DNA from: Octopus sinensis
Taxonomy: Eukaryota
NCBI RefSeq assembly: GCF_006345805.1
Contig: NC_042997.1
Span: forward strand, 32,364,001-32,428,000
Direction of reading: 5' to 3'
Length of the DNA stretch: 64,000 bases
Positions 52,198-64,000 of the stretch are shown here, in pieces. The translations under genes were made by a program, and so were the position numbers. The notes under the pieces were generated by a model. That model made no database searches. It saw only the letters and a list, made by a program, of their open reading frames with translations, and was not told the DNA's origin. Position 1 is the first letter of the stretch. Each line of letters opens with the position of its first letter.

Positions 52198-53145
52198 TTA
52201 AATGATCATGATGGGTAATGTGGCCTCGGGCTCCCTTTACAGAGGAAAAGGACAAGGTAGCCACAACCAAAAGGTCTTTGATCATAGAGATCTACTTGAA
52301 CCCAAAATGCTTATTGCTTTAACCCCTCAAAATTCTGGATTATTTTAAAAATCAATTGAAACTAAGGAAGAATGTATTCCATTAGAAATTATGGCAGAAA
52401 AGGGTTAAAGTAAAAAGTAAATATTTCGGAAACCACCACCTCCAAAAAGAAAAGTTAGCACTTAAAAGCAGTTTTTGGCATCAAGCAGATAGTTATCCAA
52501 CCATTTCACTTCTACATAAATTGCTGTACTGTGACAAAAAGACAATGAAGTGATTAGGCCATATTTACGATAGTTTTACTCCACAAAAACGCATCCTCTA
52601 CTAATGATGTTTTAGAAGACACGTGTGATCTGCATCACTTAAATAAACCACCTCAAACATATAATAGCTATTCCTTTAACATAAATAAATGGCACTGTCC
52701 CAGCATGGCCATAATGTGCTTCTTTGAAGCAGTAAAAATAAATAATGCTTTAATCAGCAAGTATAACTGGAAATGTTATTAGACATTATAGCACCAATCT
52801 GAGACACACATCCACAGATGTTTATTAGATAATAAAAAAAATAATGTAGAAATAAAATTACAGAAAGCAATAATTTTTCATGAACTGTTTGGACTCTATA
52901 CTGAAAATGTGATTTTCATGACTCTAAAACATTTGAGTGGTGTTATTTAAAAGCCTATAAAAAAAAAAACTCTGGCTGAGTGGTTGAGAGGCTTGCTCCC
53001 CAAACATGTGGTCTTGAGTTCAGTCCTGTTGCATGGCAGTATAGATTGATTTCCATTGATTTTTTTCCCCTCCTTTATATATAGAGTCAACACAAGAGCA
53101 GAAAGGAATCCCACAAAACATTTTTTATTCATTTCTCTCATACTA

Positions 53146-53178
<33 letters not shown>

Positions 53179-53234
53179 ATGATGATGAAATAAATAAATA
53201 AATAAATAAATAATTATTACTATTATTATTATTA

Positions 53235-53795
53235 TTCTGCCTGAAATCTTGGGGTAGGGAAATAGATGATTACATTGACCCCAGTGCATTACTGGCATTT
53301 ATCTCATCAACACCGAAAGGATGCAAGGCAAAGTCAACCTCAGTGGAATTTAAACTCGGATCATAAAAACAGTCAAGATTCCACTAAACATTTTGTCCAG
53401 TGTGCTAACAATTCTGCCACTTTGTCACCTTAATAATAATGATAATAATCCTTTCACCTAGAGGCACAAGCCCTGAAATTTTGTGGGAGGGGACTAGTTG
53501 ATTACACCAACCACAGTTTCACTAGTACTTAATTTATCGATCCCAAAAGGATGAAAGGCAAAGTTAACCTCGGTGGAATTTGAACTCAAATGATAATGGT
53601 TTCAAATTTTGGCACAAGACCAATAATTTTAAGAGAGTAGTTTAGTTGATTACATTGACCTCGGTACTAGACTGGTACTTTATTTGGTTAACCTCAAAAA
53701 GACAAAAGGCAAAGTTGATTTTAGTGGAATTTGAAATCAGAACATAAAGAGCCAAAAGAAGCATTTTGTGACATGCTTATGATTCTGCCAGCTCA
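53235..53795 (-). mobile_element. Three stacked family C SINEs
   Basis: Reverse-complement family C units at ~53235-53432, 53445-53592 and 53594-53795, separated by (AAT)n. Confidence 0.75.
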
Positions 53796-55518
53796 GCGAA
53801 ACACGAAAATACATCACATCATCATTATCTTTAGAATTTATTTAATTATTTGAATGAGTCAGGATGTTCTGCTAAAAACATCCTGTCTTTCTCCATTTTC
53901 TGCATCATTATATCTCTTTTAAGGGTGTGCAACATTTTATCTAAGTTTTTATCCGGGTTCTCATACTTGGTCTTTCTGCTCTGAGTCTGTCTAGGGCTTA
54001 TTCCAAAAAGTGTTTTCTACAATGCTAAATGGTTTATTATCAGATGATGTGTGGTGAAGTGTATGATTAACTTTGGCCTGATTTTTACTCTTGTTACCGT
54101 CTACAACACTATTTCTCAATCCTCACCTCCATCCCCTGTTTTTTTTATATCTATATCTCACACTCCTGTTTGATTTTCCCCACAAAAATGTATTCCTCAA
54201 CATGAATGAACAAAGCATATTTTTACTCAAAGAAATTTTTAATTAAAACTTCATTTCATATTTCATTCACTTTTTACTTACATCCCATTCTGAAAAAACC
54301 AATGCCACACCATAATATTACTATGCCTCTCTAGTAGGGTTGTGTGCCCCATCTTGAAAAGCACCAGTCCAGTCTGCAACAACAACTACTAATACTACTA
54401 CTAGCAAGCATACAACTTGTTCATCCTATGGTCTTTCTTGGTCCATTCTCTCCCTCTCCTTACTGAAACACTACCAGCTTTTCTGTCACTTTTTCAAACA
54501 CTAAGCAAAATTTTGGTCATTCGAAAATTATGTGTATATCTATCTAGACTCTTGTGTCATTGTCTTTCATTGTCAAAGAAAGTTAATCTGCTCTATTGGG
54601 GTTCACCTGTGGTTAAACAATAACCCAAAGAAAAAATGTTTTATTGGTACACACGCACGCACACACAGTCAATCACTTATAGTTGTCAATCAAATTCAAC
54701 AATGACCATTTTCAATTGTGGATCCTTTGTTGACAGTATTTCTTCTTGAAGAGCAGCAACACTTAAAAACTCCACTGCTTGGGCAACTGGAGGATCATAT
54801 GACTGCTATTACACACTTGACCATGTGCCCTCATGAGTGAGGAAGCTACAGGAGTGGTGGTATTTCATTGCCACAGTTGTGTGTGTGTTACCCTGGCTAC
54901 CAAACTGAGCATGCCTGAGAGCCAGGATGCATGTGTCACATTGCAAAGATAAGATACTTGTGCAATAAAGCTTTATAGTGGGCGTTTAGAGATGTGCATT
55001 TCCTATTCTCACTATTTTCCTCCTGAACAAGGAAGTAGTTCCGCTGACAAGGGTCACTCAAAATGACTGTTGACTCCTCCCAGCTGCAGGAAGCTGGCTG
55101 AAAACTCAGTTTATAAGAAAGCCATAAAATCTGATTATTGCAGCTTGTTTCCTTTCAACCTTTGTTTTCCAAAGCTCATCTACAGGGCATCAGAACAGTG
55201 CAGAAAGGTTATGCACAGCCTACACATGGCTAAGGGACCCTGTGTGCCTCATTCTTAGACTTGCCAAAAGCCTAGAGGTTCATCACTTCTGAAGTGGTCT
55301 TGCAGTATGTTCTTGTTCACTGTTTCTACATACACTCACACTATAGCTAAGGTAGTATTTGACCTTTTGTTGGGTTCATGAGCTTTAATGACAGGTCTCG
55401 ATTTTGTTCTGCTGAGTTTTATTTAGCACAGCGCTTCACCATGCTAGCTTGGTTGGTGGTGGTAGAGATTTAGTCTGCTCATGTAACAGGCTATACTGTA
55501 TTACTTGTTACCAGTAAT

Positions 55519-55931
55519 AGGCGCAGGAGTGGCTGTGTGGTAAGTAGCTTGCTAACCAACCACATGGTTCCGGGTTCAGTCCCACTGCGTGGCATCTTGG
55601 GCAAGTGTCTTCTGCTATAGCCCCGGGCCGACCAATGCCCTATGAGTGGATTTGGTAGACGGAAACTGAAAGAAGCCCGTCGTATATATGTATATATATA
55701 TGTGTATGTATGTGTGTTTGTGTGTCTGTGTTTGTCCCCCTAGCATTGCTTGACAACCGATGCTGGTGTGTTTATGTCCCCGTTACTTAGCGGTTCAGCA
55801 AAAGAGACCGATAGAATAAGTACTGGGCTTACAAAAAGAATAAGTCTCGGGGTCGAGTTGCTCAATTAAAGGTGGTGCTCCAGCATGGCCGCAGTCAAAT
55901 GACTGAAACAAGTAAAAGAGTAAAGAGAGTA
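55519..55931 (+). mobile_element. SINE family A (full length)
   Basis: aggcgcaggagtgg ... gtaaaagagtaaagagagta. Confidence 0.88.
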
Positions 55932-56075
55932 GCACACAAAGCGACCTGATACAGCACACACACACACACAGAGCTGCTATGCATTTTTCAGTTGATGGAT
56001 CATTATTTACAGCAATGAGGTTTATCTTGTTTAATCTTTAAAAATATATAAATTCAAATATTATCCAAAGCTGTT

Positions 56076-56300
56076 TAATGGGTACATGTGTGTGTGTGCG
56101 CGTGTGTGTGTATGTGCGCATGTGTGTGTGTGTGTGTGTATGTGTGCATGTGTGTGTGTGTGCGCGTGTGTGTATGTGCGCATGTGTGTGTGTGTGCGTG
56201 TGTGTGTATGTGCGCATGTGTGTATGTGCGCATGTGTGTGTGTGCGTGTGTGTGTATGTGCACATGTGTGTGTGTGCACGTGTGTGTGTATGTGTGTGCT
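56076..56300. repeat. Compound (TG)n/GCGC/GCAT minisatellite
   Basis: Repeated tgtgtgtgcgcgtgtgtgtatgtgcgca units. Confidence 0.85.
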
Positions 56301-59300
56301 TGTGAATGATGTATGTTCTTGAGATAAGGAGAGGACCATAAAAGAGTTTAAATGAAGTGTGTGGTGGACTGAGGGAGAGTGTGGCCAAATTGTGGAGCAT
56401 ATATTGAATAGGAGTATAATGAGAGAAGTGGAATAAAGGAGAGGGAAAAAGTGAGAGAGAGAGAGGAGAAAGAAAGAAAGAGAAGTTAGGAGTGAGTAAG
56501 AAAAATTCTGTTTTATCTTACTTTGACTGCCCCTTGCTCTGATGATTCAGTGATAACTCTGATTAATTCAGTTTCTCAACTGTGATGTGAGTGACTAATA
56601 AAAGAAACTGTGGCTATTCTAGTGCCATGTCAGCCTCAGTCCACAATGAAAACAAACAAAAAATATGCAACTGCTGAGAGCAATGTTAAATTCAAATACA
56701 TAAATAATGAGCCCCTCCCACACTTTTGATGCAGCTGTTTCTAACCTTGTTCTGGCCCCTACCAAAGAAACCACACAAAAAAAAAAATGAAAGAAAGAAA
56801 ATATAAAATAATAATAATAATTCTAAAAAAAAACAACACACAAATTACAAATAAATAAACTGAGAAGTGAAGTTCTCTGATGTAAAGAAACTCCTATTTC
56901 TTTGGGAAGGTTTGCATAAATGCTCAGTGTCAGTCAACCATGATTACCAGAGGCGTGTTTTTGATAACTTTTTATTGTGTGTTTGTGTGTGTGTTTGTGT
57001 GTGTGGTAGTTATCATGAAGTCATTGTTTGATTTTGATATATATATTTTTTTTTTTTTTTTTTTTTTACTATTTTCTCTAGTTGCTTTCTAATTTCATGT
57101 CATGAACTTTAATTGTTCATATCACACAACAAAAATAAACTGTTTTGATATGAAATTCTTCGCTTTTTTTTTTTTTTTCTGTATTTGTTTTATTCTTGGG
57201 AGATTTTTCTCATTTGTTTTTAATATTTCCTTCCTTCACCACCTACCTCTTTCTCAGCACAACCCTTCCTCCCACTCTTCCAGTGTTCATGTTTCCGATC
57301 AAAAGATGTATGTATGAATTTATAAAATTGTATAGGGTTAAAAAAAGAAAGAAAATACAGAAATATATTTAGAAATATTATCGAATAAAACAGCAAATAT
57401 AAATATACATGGATATATCTGTTTGAAATATATAATAAAATAGTAACAAATAAATTCTATGCACATTACTAACACATATTAAATAAATTGCATACATATC
57501 ATTGCATACCCATAGGGTATATGTACATATTCGAAATCATATGTATTCACATGTAAAGTATACATGCTTCATATTTGATAACTATAAATTTGCTGCTGAA
57601 GAAAGAAGCTTACATAAAACTGCATATTTTTAACCTTATCACATACATAAGGTTTATAATAATGTAGAGATGAAATTGGCAAGTTGGTAGAATCGTTAGC
57701 ATGCCAGGCCAAATGTTTAGTGGCATTTTGACCATCTTTACTTTGAGTTCAACTTTCACTGAGGTCAGGTTTGCTTTGCATCTTTTTGGGGTTGATAAAA
57801 TAAGTTCCAGTTGAGCACTGGTATTGATGTAATAGATTTTAAAATACAAAAAGAAATTGCTGGCCTTGTACTAAAATTTGAAAGACATTTGATGAGAATT
57901 TTAGCACTAATGAAAGTAACCGTTTCAAAAAAGTATAGTTAGGTGTAGCCAGTTTAAACAACTAATGCCATCTTAATGAAAGCCACTCTTGATTACTTTG
58001 AATAGTAATGACTTCAATCTTCCTACCTCCACCCACTTTCTCCATCTCCATGCAGAACCTTTTTTAAAAATGTGCTTAGGGAATTAACTCAAGTGAGCCA
58101 ATAGCATAAATTTTGATAATTCTGGTAAGTGGTGAAATATTTAATGATGAATGCAAAACACTCTTTACGATTTGAAATTTGCTATCACTTTGCCCACTGT
58201 CAATGATCGAATTATACCCCTAAGCTTGAAAACAGAATTTTTTGTAAAATTTATTCTGGATTTACTATAATTAACTCCCTTTTTTTTTTTTTTTTTTTGA
58301 GGCTCACTAATAATTACCATTAGGTTTTTGTTTTCTTTCTCCAAATTAAATGCAAATCTTTTAATGTTCATACATTAAGTCATCCAGCAACAGGTCAGCA
58401 ACATTCAACAACCCCGTATTTTTCCAATCATCTTGTTATTGATATTAAAGTTTGTGATATATCGTGGACTTTTCTGATATTGAAAGCTGGTTGTTACTTA
58501 TGATGAATTGTACATTTCTGGCTGATCTATTCTTGCAATTCATTTAGATATGTCTGTATTTAGTTTAATTTTTCCCTTTTCGTTTTGTATATTTTTTTTT
58601 CTTTTCTTTCTTTCATTCCATTATCTCCATCAAGGCTTGAAAAACAAAGTAATGTTATCATAAACATCATCATCATTATTATGATAACTGAATTAATATC
58701 CACTTTTCCATGTTGCAATGGTCAGATGGAATTCATTGTGGTAGATTTTCTTGTAGCCAGTCCTCACCTATTTTCAAGTAGTCATACTTCCTCGCGACTA
58801 GACATGTTTTTATGTAAGATTGGAAACAAATTACACCACTTGTATGACAGTGATGTTTGTTTATAACTATTGCATGATATCAAGACAAGGAAACACATGT
58901 ATACACACGCAAACACTATACTCAGTTTCTGCCTACCAAATCCACCTGCAAGGTTAAGGCTGTAGTGAAAGACACTTGCTCAAGGTGCCACAAAATGAGA
59001 CTAAACCTGAAACCATATGCTTGGGAAGCTAATTTCTTAATCACATAGCCAAACCAGTGCCAGTTATGTATAAATAAATGTACAGAGGTCTATTTATTTT
59101 CTTCCATTAAAAAAAAAAAAAAAAAAGAATTAGAAGATATATGACAAAAATGGCAAAATAATTATTAAATAAAAACTTCTTTTTAGCTGAGCTCAGTTTT
59201 AGTTACCAAACAAGATTTCCTTGGAAGTTTTAGTACAGACTGAGTTCTTCTGTGGAGCAGTTTAGAGTTTTTTCTGTAGCCTATGTTAAATTTGGAAATA

Positions 59301-59326
59301 TATTTATTTATTAGACAGAATATTTG

Positions 59327-59386
<60 letters not shown>

Positions 59387-60304
59387 AGAACCAAGTAGAA
59401 AATTTTAATACTTTACTTTGTCCTGATACATAAAAATAGAAATATTTTGAAATGTTCGTTGATTTTATATTAAAGCATTTTTCAGAATATCCTGGAATTT
59501 TTTCAATTTTTGTTTTCTCATTCTTTTCATTTTTGTTTTTATTACTCATCTTATAAAAAAAATTTTCCTACATTTTTTCCCCTGTGCAAAACTATATATA
59601 CTCACTATTCTTCTACTAGCTTTCACTACTGTCTGAAGATGGGGAATGTGAAACTTGGAATGGTACTTAGTGAAGTTTTTTGTCTTCCAATAAATATGGA
59701 AGTCTTGAGCAAATGTCTTTTGCTATAGCCCAGGGCCGACCAATGTCTTGTGAATAAATTTGGTCAACAGAAACTGTATAGAAGCCCATTGTGTGTGTGT
59801 CACCTACCAACACACACTTGGTGGTAATTGTTGGTTTGTTTACATTCCTGTAATTTAGTGTTTTGCAAAACAGACTGATAGAATAAGTACCAAACTTAAA
59901 AGTAGGTACTGAGATCAATTTGTTCAACTAAACTCTGGAAGGCAGAGCCCCAGCATGGCTGTTGTCCAATGACTGAAACAGGTAAAATATAAAAGACCTG
60001 TGCAAGAGGTACCAACTCATCACCATCTAATGTTTTTTCTTGATAAAATGGTTTTAACGCTGAAACGTTAAAATATAAGGTGAAATGAAACATTAGCTGA
60101 AGCAGCTGTCAAGTGTTAAATGGATGACAAATTACCAATGAAGCAGTTAAGAACACATTTGGAAGCAAGTATGTTCGTTTAAAATTTGAGAGTCAATGAA
60201 ACACAAACTTAGAGTGATATAATCACTAGCAAACAATTAAAACATTGTTCAAGTCACATCAGTGAATTTTTGATCTTGAATTAGTGTTTACATATAATCC
60301 TTAA

Positions 60305-60606
60305 CTAGCAGTGTCGCCCGGCATTGCTCGGGTTTGTAAGGGAAATAACTATATAAGCATTTTTAGAGAGTTACTTATATAATAGCAAAAAAATGCATTA
60401 AAAATGGGAAAAAATGATGGTAAATTTTTTTTTAAATCGTAGACTCATTGTAGACGTGCGCTAATACCCAGAAGGGCTCGATATGAATCACGACTATAAG
60501 ATACCCGCTTTAGGTTACACTGCACCGCAAAATGTGGGAGTAGTTAGGAATCTAAATCGGAGGAGACAGAGTCTCACACACACAACTTCACTTTTATATA
60601 TAAAGA
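60305..60606 (-). mobile_element. Non-autonomous Helitron, same family
   Basis: Reverse-complement copy with the same TC start, hairpin and CTAG end in an AT target. Confidence 0.85.
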
Positions 60607-61149
60607 TATCTCACATCACCACCATGATCATTTTATGTTCACTTTCCATGCTTGCATGAGGTTGATGGACCATCCGTGGTGTGAGCCATATGTTATTGGC
60701 AACCACTTTTTCCATACACTGATGCTCATATGAGTCATTCTGTTTCTATGGTTTGATGCCCTTCCTAGTGCCAACTACTTCACTGCATTTTTTCATGACA
60801 TCAACTTGAAAAAGATTGAATAATTCTCAGTAAGAGAGGACCATGGGGACTTTACAGCCCTACACTTTCTCTACTCTTCTGCCAAACACTTTTCTGCATG
60901 TACAGGACATATTTTTCATGGCACTAACACCTGAGTGTACCTCTAGAAGTGGCATGACTTGGCAACCATCTGATGTGGCACCAGCACAAGAGAAAAGGAT
61001 GTGGACCAAGGAGGAGGGAATATGAGAGCTATAATGTATTGGGTAAAGGAACAAGAGTGGTCCAATGCACCCTCAAGGGTGTCAGGATAATCAGGAGGAT
61101 GCAGTCAGCACAAGTAGTGGGAACAGAAAAGATAAGCTGCTCCATAGAT

Positions 61150-61400
61150 ATCATCATCATCATCATCGTTTAACGTCCGTTTTCCGCGCTAGCATGGGTT
61201 GGACGGTTCAACCGGGGTCTGGGAAGCCAGGGGCTGCACCAGGCTCCAGTCTGATCTGGCAGTGTTTCTACAGCTGGATGCCCTTCCTAACGCCAACCAC
61301 TCTGCGAGTGTAGTGGGTGCTTTTTACGTGCCACCTGCACAGGTGCCAGGGGGGAGTCTGGCATCGGCCACGATCGGTTGGTGCTTTTAACGTGCCACTG
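61150..61400 (-). mobile_element. Family B element 3' part
   Basis: (CAT)n cgtttaacgtccgttttccgcgctagc...ggtgcttttaacgtgccac. Confidence 0.82.
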
Positions 61401-62388
61401 GGATATATGAGACACACAGATGCATATACGTGTAGGTAATTTAATTTTATATACACGTATAATGGAAAGGTGTATATATATATTTACATGCATAAATATG
61501 TACACATAATTATCTGCATTTATTTGAGTCTATAGCGAAAACTGTAGCTATAAAGATTTTGTCTTTTAATCATTTCCAACATAGCAAGTTCCATATTTGC
61601 TTTATGTTCTTATGATGCTGAAGCATAGAAAGGGATTAATCTACTGCCTCCAGCTAACCTCACTCTTTTACTTTATAATGAATGCATGCTAAAAATTAAT
61701 TAACTTTTCTCTTTTTAAGCCTAAATCCTATTGAAATTAAAGGTGAATCTTTTTTTTTTTTTGTTGGTTTTTTTTTTTTCTTAAATAATGAATGTATACT
61801 ATGAAATTAGATTAAAATTAGGTTGTGTTTCATACATATTCAATAATCATCTCCTTACTGTTTAATGGTAATTCCTCATAGATTTGTAATCAGCTAATAG
61901 ATAATAGTAGATATGTGACCTAGTTTTGTTAAAATTTTAATTGTCTTCCTAGATATTCTCATCAATAGTGCTATCATCACCATCATTTGTGTACTGTTTA
62001 TATTCTCCATTTTCTATACCAGTAATTGGTGGTGGTGATGATTGTTGTTTAACCCAGTAGTGCATGATTTGAGAATGAGTTCACTGTTATTTTCAGTTCG
62101 TCAAACAACCTTATAGAGGCTCACCAATTAGCTCGTCCAGAGATTAATCATGTATAGATTGGCACTGCATTCATTACCCCCTTTCCTAACCAACCCCATT
62201 GACTGTTACAGGATAGTTGGTCAACTGATCACCTGACCCAGCCAGCATCCACCAGCATGGAATAATTGATGCTAAAACAATAATAAGTGCTTGAACTTCC
62301 TTTTTTGCATTTTCGTTCAATATTACTCAATTTCTGTTGATCTTTAACTGACATTCTAACTTTTTATATTTTTGTTTCTTTCGTACAG

Positions 62389-62557
62389 TGTGGCTGGTAT
62401 TGGGGCCCCTTGACATATGAAGCAGCTAAGGCCCTGTTGGACACCAAACCAGACGGCTCTTTCCTCTTGCGTGATAGTTCTGATGACTGTTATATTCTAA
62501 GTTTATCTTTTAAATCCAATGGGAAAGTATACCACACAAGGATGGAGCATCACAAAG
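62389..62557 (+). CDS. SOCS7: Internal coding exon of a SOCS7-like suppressor of cytokine signalling (N-terminal half of SH2 domain); partial gene
   Basis: Polypyrimidine acceptor (tttttgtttctttcgtacag|) and donor (AAAG|gtaaga) bracket 169 nt, phase 0 to phase 1. Translation: CGWYWGPLTYEAAKALLDTKPDGSFLLRDSSDDCYILSLSFKSNGKVYHTRMEHHK(G). It has the GWYWG and FLLRDS SH2 motifs and closely resembles the SOCS7 SH2 start as I recall it (CGWYWGP...KPDGSFLVRDSSD..YILSLSFRS...HHTRMEH..G). The subfamily call (SOCS7 vs SOCS6) rests on recalled similarity. Confidence 0.9.
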
Positions 62558-62623
62558 GTAAGAGAATCATTTATGAAACTATTTGTTATTTCCTCCACCT
62601 CTTTGGTAATTGTTGTTGTTGTA

Positions 62624-62998
62624 TACTCTTTACTCTTTACTCTTTTACTTGTTTCAGTCATTTGACTGCGGCCATGCTGGAGCACCGCCTTTAGTCGAGC
62701 AAATCGACCCCGGGACTTATTCTTTGTAAGCCCAGTACTTATTCTATCGGTCTCTTTTGCCGAACCGCTAAGTGACGGGGACGTAAACACACCAGCATCG
62801 GTTGTCAAGCGATGTTGGGGGTCAAACACAGACACACAAACACGCACATATACATATATGTATATACATATATACAACAGGCTTCTTTCAGTTTCCGTCT
62901 ACCAAATCCACTCACAAGGCATTGGTCGGCCCGAGGCTATAGTAGAAGACACTTACCCAAGGTGCCATGCAGTGGGACTGAACCCGGAACCATGTGGT
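62624..62998 (-). mobile_element. SINE family A, antisense, ~66 nt downstream of the SOCS7-like donor
   Basis: tactctttactctttactcttttacttg ... gaacccggaaccatgtggtt; the extreme 5' head is missing. Confidence 0.87.
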
Positions 62999-63307
62999 TT
63001 GTTGTAGGTGTGGCTGTTTTCTTCAAGTAACTGCTTGATATTTAGGCAATTCTTATCAAACTGATGTTTATGCTTCTTGATAGAGAGCCCAAGGCACTCC
63101 ACGACTCTACTGTATAGTGTCTTTTACAATGTGTGCCCCATGCTGCTTCCATACCCAAATTTTCTAGCTTAGTGGACTCTAAGCATCTTTTCAAGATGTC
63201 AAGAAATTTGTTGTACATCAACCAAGTGTTTATATCACACAATTTTCTACATCTTTTACACCTTGTGTGTGTCCTTTTGGTTAGATACAGAGGTCGAACT
63301 TGAAGAC

Positions 63308-63720
63308 AGTTAGTTAGTTAGTTCATTTTTTGGCTCAAAAAGCAAAAAGCAAGGCCATGTAGGGGGACATGGAGTTATGTACAGGGTGGTGTTCATGTAA
63401 AGAGTTCAGGCCACTTGAGGTCCAGGGAGACTTTGAACCGAGCGGTCGTCAGCATCTTCACCATCTCATCTGGCAGCTTATTCCACAGATCCTCAACCCG
63501 GACGGAGAAAGCCCCTCTCCTTCGATTGAGATGAAATCGTCGCAGATAGAGCTTTTCGGAATGACCCCACAGCCGACACTCTGGAGCAGGAGTGAAGAAC
63601 AGCTCTTTCGAGAGGTTACACTTTCCGCTTATGATGTTGTGAGCAAGAATGAGATCACCACGGCGGTGGCGTTAAATGGTGTTCAGTCCAATACCCTACA
63701 CCATACATGGTCTTCACAAC
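63308..63720 (-). mobile_element. CR1-clade LINE 3' end, second family
   Basis: Minus strand RRRGDLILAHNIISGKCNLSKELFFTPAPECRLWGHSEKLYLRRFHLNRRRGAFSVRVEDLWNKLPDEMVKMLTTARFKVSLDLKWPELFT* (stop 63393-63395); short (AACT)-like tail. Confidence 0.85.
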
Positions 63721-63754
63721 TTTGTATTTTTTCCCATCCCTCCTCCTCATAAAA

Positions 63755-64000
63755 TAATCAATGAGATGCCAATGCTTTGAGCAGCATTGCATCTATGTCA
63801 TGTTATGAGTAAGAAGGTGAAAGTGTCTACAATCAGAAGTTCATGCTGTACCTGGAGGAGTAGTAGAGTATTGTTGTTGTAATCAAATCTCGCATTGGAA
63901 TTACCAAGAATTCTTGTCTGCATTGAGGAAAGTGGTAATGACATTCAAGGCTTCATAATATTTGTCCTTAATCTCATCCGAATTGGTCAGGGTGGGCACA
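63755..64000 (-). mobile_element. Degenerate RTE-type APE endonuclease fragment
   Basis: Minus strand APTLTNSDEIKDKYYEALN...(frameshift)ILGNSNAR...SKHWHLIDY, matching the YAPT...K..FY / GDFNA / HWHLIDY motifs, with stops and frameshifts. Confidence 0.75.

Noticed and set aside
56038-56400. His/Thr- or Cys/Val-rich ORFs suggesting metal-binding proteins
   Set aside because: Translations of a (TG)n-based minisatellite.
62410-62694. 94-aa ORF as a complete gene
   Set aside because: TTG start inside the exon and read-through past a canonical donor into intron and SINE; only 62389-62557 is supported as coding.

Overview
AT-rich, repeat-dense animal genomic DNA. The SINE, MITE and LINE families and the (TA)n/(CA)n/(ATT)n load look like those of an Octopus-type cephalopod; this is inferred from recall and was not checked against a database. 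One coding exon is confidently recognisable: a 169-nt + strand exon (62389-62557) encoding the N-terminal half of a SOCS7-like SH2 domain. The rest is probably a very long intron or intergenic DNA. It is filled with several tRNA-headed SINE families, 3' ends of RTE and CR1 LINEs, two TTAA-flanked piggyBac-type MITE families, two non-autonomous Helitrons, a mariner end and Penelope-type fragments. The most unusual structures are: (i) three independent tail-outward foldback palindromes centred in the same retroelement 3' tail, two of which also duplicate flanking DNA; (ii) a 5-unit ~196-bp tandem array of an RTE 3' end, whose tail is also the 3' tail of one SINE copy in the window; (iii) minimal type I hammerhead-ribozyme-like motifs in at least two (possibly three) repeat families, one of them in a tandem dimer; (iv) several tandem duplications with microsatellite breakpoints and multi-layer nested insertions. 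Almost all ORFs in the supplied track are repeat or microsatellite artefacts.
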